DNA of 64,000 nucleotides from an uncultured Comamonadaceae bacterium (GTDB lineage Bacteria > Bacteroidota > Bacteroidia > Flavobacteriales_D > Sanyastnellaceae), in NCBI GenBank assembly GCA_964555295.1, contig CAZKRL010000003.1, forward strand, positions 9,487-73,486, written 5' to 3'. The notes beneath the pieces were generated by a model, which had not been told where the DNA came from, ran no database searches, and saw only the letters and a program-made list of their open reading frames with translations. The translations under genes and the position numbers were made by a program. Shown in pieces: positions 54,608-62,529 of this stretch. Position 1 is the first letter of the stretch. Each line of letters opens with the position of its first letter.

Positions 54608-57600
54608 CTAGTTACACGTTGTTCCGTACTCGGCGATGAAGATCAACAAGTCGGCAACGCTCACAAATCCATCGCCGTTGATATCGGCCGGACAGTTTGG
54701 ATTACCCAGCTCAAATACGCAAGATCCGTCATCAATTGAAGCACCCGGGTCATAGTTGGTAGCATCTGCGTATGTACAGCCGAGGCAAGACTCAAATTCG
54801 CAAAGGTCGCAATCACCAATTACTCCTTGTGCATTATAGTTACATGCTACGGGAATAATACATGCAGGATCGCAGCTCGGTACACCAACCGCAACTGTTT
54901 GAACCTCCGTTGCAGTTCCCGTAGATCCCTCCAAGCTCCAACCAACTTCAACGTTATTGTTACCCCCCAATATTGCTACATCATAACAACCTTCTACTAA
55001 ACAGACCAACTGGGATTCAGTGCTACCATCAGTAAGAGAAGACACATATGCAACAGCACCGCTAACCGCATCAGTTAACTCAATTTCGGCGCCCTCCCAA
55101 CCATTTCCACCTGCATCTGTTAACACTAGGGAAGCGCAACTCGAAAAGCAACAGCCACCATTATCGCAACCGGCCGATTCATCAAAGTTGCAAGCTGCTG
55201 GATCAATACAGCCAGGATATTGACAAGTTCCGTCATCGCAAGCGGCAGTTTCAGCATAGTTACAAGCCAAAGCGTCGGTACAACCGGGATATTCGCAAGA
55301 ACCATCATCCAGAGTCACATCCGCTGAGTAATTGCAAGCGGTAACATCAGAACATCCATAGCATGAGTAATCACAATCCGTAGCACCAACGGGAGCATTA
55401 ACGTCGTAGTTACAAGCAGTTGAATCAGAACACCCTATACAACTTGTGAAATCACAAAGTGTATTGTCCGTAATCAGTGCGTTATCGTCATAGTTGCAAG
55501 CGGTAGAATCACTACAAGCCGGCTCACACACTGCTGATCCCGCAGAAAAACCAAGAGCTGTTTCAGGTGCTTGACCATCCAAAACAACCGCCCCTGAACC
55601 ATCAGTGAGCGTCCAGAGGACCTCGCCTGGGAAAGTACCTGCTGTTACAGAAACACTGTAGCAACCATCGACTAAGCAATAATCTGCGACACCTTCAGAC
55701 GTGCCTGCAGGCAGTGTAGCCGTTCCAATTACGGCACCTGAAACCACATCTGTGAAAGTGGCTACGGCGCCATTCCAGCCATCGCCAAATGTATCTTCCA
55801 TGTTGAAGGAGAAACAATTCGAGTAACAGCATGTGCTATCATCCTGGGTGTTTCCAACTTCATAATTGCAGGCCGTCGGATCTGTACAACCAACACAAGA
55901 AGTGTACTCGCAGTTTCCAATATCCAGCGTAGCATTCGGATTGAAATTACACGCAGTAGCGTCAGTACAGCCGCAAGTTGAACTACTTCCAATAGAGAAC
56001 GGTACACCCGTTTCAGGAGCCCCACCAACTGCCAGTTGTGAACCTGCGCCATCTACCAAATTCCAATCTACTTCTCCCGGGAAGGTGCCAGCCGAAACCT
56101 GAACTTCATAACATCCGTCTACCAAACAAAAATCAGCAGTGCCTTCAGAGGTTCCTGCAGGTAAGGTAGCCGTAGAGATAACCGTTCCTGATGTAAAGTC
56201 AGCAATAGAGGCTACGGCTCCATTCCAACCGTCGCCGAAAGTATCGAACATATTCAATGTCACGCAATTATTGAAGCAGCATGAGCTATCCTCTTGAGTG
56301 GCTGTTGCATCGTAGTTACAAGCGGTAACATCAGTACAACCTTGACAAGATAAGTATTCACAGTTTCCGATATCAACGATAGCCGTTGGGTTATAGTTGC
56401 AAGCAGTTGCATCCGTACATCCACAATCTGCGGATTCACCTACAGAGAATGGCAAATTCGTTTCTGGGGCACCACCTTCGAGCAACAAACTTCCGTTGCC
56501 ATCAGTCAGGTTCCATGAGACCTCGCCAGGGAATGTACCAGAGTTTACAGTAACCTGGTAGCAACCATCTACGAGACAAAAATCAGCGGTTCCCTCCGAT
56601 GTACCCGCGGGAAGAGTTCCAGTTCCTACAGAGGCTCCGCCTGCTCCCAATTCAAAAACATTTGCTACTGCACCATTCCAACCATCGCCGAAACTGTCGA
56701 ACATATTCAACGTAACGCAATTGGAGAAACAACATGCATCAATGTCTGCAATGATTGCTGTATTATCATAATTGCAGGCGGTAGGATCCATACAGCCAGA
56801 GCAAGTCAAGTACTCACAGGTGCCATTGTCAAGCGTAGCGCCATTATCATAATTACAAGCACCTTGGTCTGTGCAACCACAAATTCCGTCACCGATAATG
56901 AAATCAAAAGTTCCCGTACCATTCGGGGATGCTGCCGAAATGATGACGTTACCATCGGCATCCGACATGGACCAAACAACCTCATTTGCGAAAGTACCTC
57001 CCCCAACTGTCATGATGTAACAACCAGGAGCCAAACAGAAAACATCAAAGCCCGCATTTTGGATATCCCCACAAAACGCTGAATTTAAGCTACCCGTAGC
57101 AACAACTTCCCCAGTCGCGTTGGAAATGCTGTAGGTATTTCCATTCCATCCATCGCCGAATGTGTCGCTCATGTCAAACTTAACTACAGTTGAATTCGCA
57201 TCGCAGGCAACGCATGAGAAATATTCGCACGTGTTGTTTTCAATATTCGCTTCAGGCAAATAGTTACATGCACAGTCATCGGTACATCCTTCTACCACCG
57301 GTTCACAAGTGGTGTTCAACACGAATGATCCATCGAATAAATCATCAACGAAATCTCCGTCGGTATCAACTCCCCCTGCCGTTATATACACATAGTAAGT
57401 GGTTCCGGCTTCGGCAATAAATTGAACAGTGGCATCATCAGCATCGAAGAAACCACAATTGGTCGCATCATCGTCGGCGCTAACCTCGCAAGCAAAGACT
57501 CCATTACATCCGTCAGAAGAGGTCAAAACATTTATACGACTATCAATATCCGAACCACAAGTGCTCAGAGTAATGAATTGTCCATCTCCTGCATAGGTAT

Positions 57601-60600
57601 ACCAAACGCCATTATCACCAGAACCTGCAGGACAAACCGTTGGCGCGCCAACAGCAGTTGATGCCCCGGTAGAGCCATTGATACTCGCGTCGCAAACCAA
57701 AGGAATCGCATTAACACAAGAATCATTCTCAACGCTAGGTGCACAAGACGCATACTCGCAAGTGCCATCATTGATTGATGCGTTAGCATCATAATTACAA
57801 GCTGCCAAATCTGTACATCCAACATTCGCCAAGCTCACGTTTAAACTGAAGTTGCCGCATAACTGTGGATTAGAGGTAGTAAGACATAAGTAATAATTCG
57901 TATTTGGAGTGATGGTAATTCCATATTCGTAAGAATTGAATTCAAAACCATCCAATGTGCTTCCATCGTTGGGGTTGGAGTCGAATCCGATACCACCGAT
58001 AACTGGTGTCAAATTAGAACAGTCAGGGCTGCCTGAGAATATTCCGATACCCACATCTAACCCGTCAGCGCCATCGATTCCAGCTCCATTTCCATTGTAA
58101 AACGCAATATCCAATGCGTCAAAATCTGCTGAGTTAATCTGGTACCAAATACCATACTGAGTAGTGAAACCATCCCATGGCGCCATCTCATCGTCGGCAT
58201 TGGAGCAACACAAGCTTCCTGTCGCTTGCACTCCGGAAGTAAGAGAAACGGCATCTGCGCACTCATCATTTACAGCTAAACCATTAGGACATTCCGTACA
58301 TGATGTCGAGAGCGTAAACGGAATGCTTGTTGAGGCCGTTCCGCTGAATAGAGATACAAGAATATAATAGGATTGATTCGCAACTGTAGTAAAGGAAGCA
58401 CTCGACAAAAATCCCGTTCCACAGCCGTCATCATTTTGTGTTACACATTCCAAATTGTTGCAATCTCCAGTAAATATGTGCAGTTTGGTGTCTTGTGCAT
58501 CACCGCTACATGTTTCAACAGAAACTTGACCGCCGTTACCTACCAGTCTGTACCACACACCAGGTGTAGTAATTGCATTGGTAGCATCACAGGAGGTTAC
58601 ACCGGGCTCAAAAGTTGAGTTAGTAAGCACTCCCGTTTCCGCCCAGTTGCATGGGATTAGGGTTGCATTAGCGCAATCATCGTTTGAAGGCGGACAAATA
58701 CATGAGTTATCATTTATCGTGGCAAACGGGTTGTAGTTGTTACATGAAGGGGTTGTGCATCCTTGAACTGAACAACCGGTGGCTCCTCCCCATGGGAAAC
58801 CATAACTCTCATTAGCTATTCCCGTAAGGAGCGCATTACCATCTTGGGTAGTTATTGTCCACTCTACCTGCGCAGGCGCAGTACCGGCAGTGATATTTAT
58901 TGTATAACAGCCCTGGCTGAGACAGCCGGAAAAAGAACCCTCGCTGCCAGATGCAAGTGTACCGGTAGAAATCGTAGCCCCAGCGGATGTAACAATTGTC
59001 CAGTTGGCACCTTGCCAACCGTTATTACCATAATCCACCATATTCACCGTGTACACTGTTTCATTGGCTGCACAAACAAGACATGAACCGTCATCGCAAC
59101 CCGCATTTGGGTTATAGTTGTTGGCCGCCGGATCTGTACAACCTACCTCTAAACCACTTGGGCTTATAATCTGTCCGGCAGGATCATTAGCTACACCGCT
59201 GAAAGTAAAACCCTCTGTATTCGTCAAAGTCCAAGAGATTTCACCATCAAAAGTTCCACCACCAACGACAACGTTGTAGCATTCCGTACCCAAGCAGAAC
59301 TGGGAGGCACCTACTGAACCGTCAAGCAACTCAGCCGCAGCCTCTACTGTACCTGAAGCTAAATTGAAAATCACCGCCGTTGCACCATTCCAACCATCAC
59401 CGAAGGTGTCGAACATATCGAGAGTATAAACTATTTCTCCCGGATCGCAAACGAGACAAGAACCGTCATCGCACGAGGCCGCTGCGTCATAATTCTCTGC
59501 ATCTGGATTAGTACAACCTGGTGTTAAACCGGTTGGACTAAAAATTTGTCCTTGAGGATCATTGGCTTGACCATCGAGAGAGAATCCGTCTGGACCGGAC
59601 AAGTTCCAGCTAATTTGACCATCGTTGAATCCGCCGCCGGCTACTATAGAATAGCATGCTGTGCCGAGGCAAACATCCACTTGACCTTCGCCTCCGCTTT
59701 GCAGAGTCGTGGTAAGGATATTTTGTCCTGAGGCAAGATCAGTAATTACCGCCTGTGCATTCGCTCCCCAACCGTTATTCCCTGTATCGAACATGGTTAA
59801 TGTGTAGCTTGATTCTCCGCCAGCGCAGAAAAGACATGAACCATCGTCGCAATCTGCGAGCACGTTGAAATTGTTGGCGGCCGCATTGGTACAACCCGGC
59901 GTAACACCGCCGAAGGCCAGAACATCGGTTTGAGGACCAGAGCCCGTGGAGAGTGTTCCGGTAGAAAGGGTATTACCGTCTCCGTCAGTAAAAGTATAGG
60001 TTGCTCCATTCCATCCATCACCGAAATTATCGGTCATAATAAACTGGTACGTACAGCCGGGTGTAGGCAAACAGAATGCAAGATTGCTCACAGGTGCACC
60101 TCCCTCGAGAATGACGCTACTATCCAAATCCAAGAACTGCCATCCCACCTCAGCTGGAAATCCGCCACCGGTAACGGTTAAAAACGCACAATTCGAATAA
60201 CAACATTCAGAGTTGTCGGTAATGGTTGCTGCGTCATCAAAGTTACATGCTGCAACATCGGTGCAGCCCGCACAGCTGGTATATTCGCAAGACCCGTCAT
60301 CCGTGATAACAGAAGGAGAGTAGTTACAAGCACCCTGATCGGTACATCCTATGGTTGGAATATCGCAAATCACGTTAAGGGTGTATGCGCCGGTGTTCGC
60401 TAAGTATCCGCCAACTCTTATGAGGTAGACTGTACCCGTGGTCATAGCGAAAGTTACTGATGACAACAAACCTGTTCCGCCGTCATCATCGCCGGTAACA
60501 CAATTCAGGTTGCCGCAGGCTCCCGTATACACGTGCAACTTCGTGTCCCATGTCGGGTTTGTATTTTCCGTATTTATCGTGCAAGTGCCCACACCCGGCG

Positions 60601-60826
60601 CTACCAGAGCGTACCATATTTGACCCGCCGTTCCGACGGTTGTCACACAAGTTGGCGCACCAGAGGTGGCATTATCATTGGTAACACCAACAGTTGAGCC
60701 GTTGACGGTAGCACCGCATGTGATTGGAATTGGACTAGAGCATGTAAAACCTTGAGACCACAAGTTGGAAAATGGCAACAACATCAAGCCCATCATCCAC
60801 GCTGCATTACAGAAAAAATTTTTCAT
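54608..60826 (-). CDS. Giant secreted cysteine-rich mosaic protein (about 2072 aa from the ATG at 60826)
   Basis: One uninterrupted ORF with the signal peptide MKNFFCNAAWMMGLMLLPFSNLWSQ. It contains 4 PPC-like domains, 21 CTDxxACNY...DDGSC knots and 9 [FM]DxFGDGWNG...CLxxGCY...GxFxxEVxW modules. The C-terminus carries a DINGDGFVSVAD loop. Confidence 0.85.
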   Translation of the reverse strand: MKNFFCNAAWMMGLMLLPFSNLWSQGFTCSSPIPITCGATVNGSTVGVTNDNATSGAPTCVTTVGTAGQIWYALVAPGVGTCTINTENTNPTWDTKLHVYTGACGNLNCVTGDDDGGTGLLSSVTFAMTTGTVYLIRVGGYLANTGAYTLNVICDIPTIGCTDQGACNYSPSVITDDGSCEYTSCAGCTDVAACNFDDAATITDNSECCYSNCAFLTVTGGGFPAEVGWQFLDLDSSVILEGGAPVSNLAFCLPTPGCTYQFIMTDNFGDGWNGATYTFTDGDGNTLSTGTLSTGSGPQTDVLAFGGVTPGCTNAAANNFNVLADCDDGSCLFCAGGESSYTLTMFDTGNNGWGANAQAVITDLASGQNILTTTLQSGGEGQVDVCLGTACYSIVAGGGFNDGQISWNLSGPDGFSLDGQANDPQGQIFSPTGLTPGCTNPDAENYDAAASCDDGSCLVCDPGEIVYTLDMFDTFGDGWNGATAVIFNLASGTVEAAAELLDGSVGASQFCLGTECYNVVVGGGTFDGEISWTLTNTEGFTFSGVANDPAGQIISPSGLEVGCTDPAANNYNPNAGCDDGSCLVCAANETVYTVNMVDYGNNGWQGANWTIVTSAGATISTGTLASGSEGSFSGCLSQGCYTINITAGTAPAQVEWTITTQDGNALLTGIANESYGFPWGGATGCSVQGCTTPSCNNYNPFATINDNSCICPPSNDDCANATLIPCNWAETGVLTNSTFEPGVTSCDATNAITTPGVWYRLVGNGGQVSVETCSGDAQDTKLHIFTGDCNNLECVTQNDDGCGTGFLSSASFTTVANQSYYILVSLFSGTASTSIPFTLSTSCTECPNGLAVNDECADAVSLTSGVQATGSLCCSNADDEMAPWDGFTTQYGIWYQINSADFDALDIAFYNGNGAGIDGADGLDVGIGIFSGSPDCSNLTPVIGGIGFDSNPNDGSTLDGFEFNSYEYGITITPNTNYYLCLTTSNPQLCGNFSLNVSLANVGCTDLAACNYDANASINDGTCEYASCAPSVENDSCVNAIPLVCDASINGSTGASTAVGAPTVCPAGSGDNGVWYTYAGDGQFITLSTCGSDIDSRINVLTSSDGCNGVFACEVSADDDATNCGFFDADDATVQFIAEAGTTYYVYITAGGVDTDGDFVDDLFDGSFVLNTTCEPVVEGCTDDCACNYLPEANIENNTCEYFSCVACDANSTVVKFDMSDTFGDGWNGNTYSISNATGEVVATGSLNSAFCGDIQNAGFDVFCLAPGCYIMTVGGGTFANEVVWSMSDADGNVIISAASPNGTGTFDFIIGDGICGCTDQGACNYDNGATLDNGTCEYLTCSGCMDPTACNYDNTAIIADIDACCFSNCVTLNMFDSFGDGWNGAVANVFELGAGGASVGTGTLPAGTSEGTADFCLVDGCYQVTVNSGTFPGEVSWNLTDGNGSLLLEGGAPETNLPFSVGESADCGCTDATACNYNPTAIVDIGNCEYLSCQGCTDVTACNYDATATQEDSSCCFNNCVTLNMFDTFGDGWNGAVASIADFTSGTVISTATLPAGTSEGTADFCLVDGCYEVQVSAGTFPGEVDWNLVDGAGSQLAVGGAPETGVPFSIGSSSTCGCTDATACNFNPNATLDIGNCEYTSCVGCTDPTACNYEVGNTQDDSTCCYSNCFSFNMEDTFGDGWNGAVATFTDVVSGAVIGTATLPAGTSEGVADYCLVDGCYSVSVTAGTFPGEVLWTLTDGSGAVVLDGQAPETALGFSAGSAVCEPACSDSTACNYDDNALITDNTLCDFTSCIGCSDSTACNYDVNAPVGATDCDYSCYGCSDVTACNYSADVTLDDGSCEYPGCTDALACNYAETAACDDGTCQYPGCIDPAACNFDESAGCDNGGCCFSSCASLVLTDAGGNGWEGAEIELTDAVSGAVAYVSSLTDGSTESQLVCLVEGCYDVAILGGNNNVEVGWSLEGSTGTATEVQTVAVGVPSCDPACIIPVACNYNAQGVIGDCDLCEFESCLGCTYADATNYDPGASIDDGSCVFELGNPNCPADINGDGFVSVADLLIFIAEYGTTCN
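55526..56881 (-). repeat. Three in-frame tandem repeats of about 450 nt inside the giant gene
   Basis: The GDGWNG-encoding segments recur at about 55765, 56215 and 56665, an exact 450-nt period. The protein units are residues 1348-1499, 1500-1649 and 1650-1799 (ORF-track numbering). Confidence 0.85.
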
Positions 60827-60890
60827 CAAAAACGATTTTTGGTTGTCAAAAATTAGGTTAAGTACACTTTTCAGTTTCGCAATCGAAGTG

Positions 60891-60922
60891 AAAAAGGTGT
60901 CGCAAGATAATACAAGCGACAC
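60891..60922 (-). terminator. Terminator separating the xrtF module from the giant gene
   Basis: Stem GTGTCGC...GCGACAC (60897-60922) is followed on the minus strand by CTTTTT. It is preceded by a T9-C-A8 tract (60931-60948). Confidence 0.5.
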
Positions 60923-60973
60923 ATTTCAGATTTTTTTTTCAAAAAAAAGACAATCCAACTATCCTCACATAAA

Positions 60974-61459
60974 TCAAGGCAACAAAAACAGCGGAGAATG
61001 AGAAGGCGTCCATGGCCAAGTATTCCGCAATTCGGCTAAGCTATGCGGCATGGGTGAAAAGATGGCTACAGCCGATAACTTCATCTCTTCACGATAAGCG
61101 GAGGAGGTCTGCAACCATCTACTGAAATGCCAATTCTTTTCAGTATCCTTCCACACCACAATACCAGCTTCAAGCGGGCTTAGGTTATATTTTGACAAAG
61201 TTGCCTTTACGTTTAACTGCATGGAATCTATTCCGCAACCCGAAACCTTTTGATGTTCGTTACCTCCTGCGATAAAAAGAAAACGGTTGAATTGCCATTG
61301 AGCAGAGGCTTTTACCGCCATCTGGTGCGAATTCCAAGAATCAATAAAAGGGACTAGGTCGTTTAATACATCTTCACACAATTGATCTGTCAAGACATTT
61401 TCAAATGCAAAACCCCAGACACGTGCCGTATCCTCAAGACTATTCCAATTTGTCAACAT
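60974..61459 (-). CDS. Conserved hypothetical protein, last gene of the xrtF module
   Basis: 161 aa and soluble-looking, with a VSGCGIDS motif. It overlaps the upstream gene by 20 nt. It resembles a roughly 160-aa Bacteroidota family that I cannot name with confidence. Confidence 0.55.
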   Translation of the reverse strand: MLTNWNSLEDTARVWGFAFENVLTDQLCEDVLNDLVPFIDSWNSHQMAVKASAQWQFNRFLFIAGGNEHQKVSGCGIDSMQLNVKATLSKYNLSPLEAGIVVWKDTEKNWHFSRWLQTSSAYREEMKLSAVAIFSPMPHSLAELRNTWPWTPSHSPLFLLP

Positions 61460-61994
61460 ATCCTTGCTGCAATTTCAGTTTAAAAATTATAATAACAATC
61501 AGAGCTGGAATACCCGATTGCCCCGCATTCAAAATTTTCCTCGAGACTGCCACTGAGTACGATTCAATGAAAACAGCTCTTTCCACAACAAAAAAAATAC
61601 TGCCAAGAACAATGATCAGCAAGTATACCAGAGCAAGCCAGCGCAAAGCAGAAATATTGCCAATGATGAGCCAAAGCGAGAAAGCATTCAAAGCGGCGAA
61701 AGCTATAATTGCAATGGCAACTACTGCCCACTTCAAAACAACCAAATCGGAACGCTTGAATGAATGGAAAAAGGATAAAGGTTTATGACTATGATAATAA
61801 TCTGAAGGCGAATTCCGACGATACACCGCCAATTCCACTTCACGTTCCTGAGGATTTAAACTATCATATTCGGGTATTCTGCCGGAGAACTCAATAATAA
61901 AATTCAAAGAGACCTTTACATTTTCAAGTGCAAAGCCGGCCATTATCATCACGACAGCGGTCACAACAACGAAAACAACAGGCCATTGCTTCAT
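61440..61994 (-). CDS. Exosortase F system-associated membrane protein
   Basis: I chose the ATG at 61994, which overlaps the xrtF stop (ATGA). It is 184 aa and multi-TM. Its position and character match the obligate partner gene of xrtF (TIGR04127-type). This is inferred, not searched. Confidence 0.65.
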   Translation of the reverse strand: MKQWPVVFVVVTAVVMIMAGFALENVKVSLNFIIEFSGRIPEYDSLNPQEREVELAVYRRNSPSDYYHSHKPLSFFHSFKRSDLVVLKWAVVAIAIIAFAALNAFSLWLIIGNISALRWLALVYLLIIVLGSIFFVVERAVFIESYSVAVSRKILNAGQSGIPALIVIIIFKLKLQQGYVDKLE

Positions 61995-62518
61995 TTCGCG
62001 AAAGAAAAATATTTGACCCATAACAGCCACAGCAGAAATTCAATTGAATACACCACGGCAGTGAAGGTGTAATCATGATTGAACTGAAGAATAGACTCAT
62101 CGACTTTTGCAATCCACGCCAAAGCCACCACGCGCAAAGTATTTATCCAAAACAAAAACAAGACACCTGTTGGAATGAACCAAAGTTTTTGTTTCACCGG
62201 CCCTGGAAATGCGAGAATGAAGCAGACGAATAGAGCGTACAAAACCACGCCATCACAGGGAGCACCAACCGTTATCACCTTTGCGCCTTTAAGAGCGATA
62301 TGGCGTTTCAAGGGATTATTCCATTGTCCTAAATCTTGCAGTTCGGCGCCCAAAAATGACAACTGAGACTCAGATGTGGAAACGATTGCATGAATTATGA
62401 ACTGATCAAAACGAGAATTTCGTTTAAGGTAAAATTCATGTACACTTAACCAAGCTACGTATGAACCAAAGCCGATTGAGAGAAATCTTATTACGGGATT
62501 ATTGGAGAGAAAAGCCAA
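61991..62518 (-). CDS. xrtF: Exosortase family protein XrtF
   Basis: 175 aa and polytopic, with the exosortase catalytic-triad context: Cys in GAPCDGV, Arg in INTLRVV, His in NHDYTF. The small size fits the Bacteroidota XrtF subfamily. The start is a TTG at 62518. Confidence 0.82.
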   Translation of the reverse strand: MAFLSNNPVIRFLSIGFGSYVAWLSVHEFYLKRNSRFDQFIIHAIVSTSESQLSFLGAELQDLGQWNNPLKRHIALKGAKVITVGAPCDGVVLYALFVCFILAFPGPVKQKLWFIPTGVLFLFWINTLRVVALAWIAKVDESILQFNHDYTFTAVVYSIEFLLWLLWVKYFSFAK

Positions 62519-62529
62519 AAGGTCAAAGT

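Noticed and set aside
54608-54700. The giant protein's C-terminus (CPADINGDGFVSVADLLIFIAEYG) superficially resembles the small ORF's tail (CPIDGGVGFLVAAAVIYG), which suggested it might be a second XrtF substrate
   Set aside because: The hydrophobic stretch is interrupted by Asp and Glu, there is no basic cluster after it, and the segment fits a dockerin/EF-hand Ca-binding loop exactly. The similarity is noted but is insufficient to call a sorting signal.
55526-56881. Regular nucleotide repeats that could be taken for a CRISPR or other non-coding array
   Set aside because: The period is 450 nt, the repeats are in frame within one long ORF and encode recognisable protein modules, and there is no short repeat/spacer structure.
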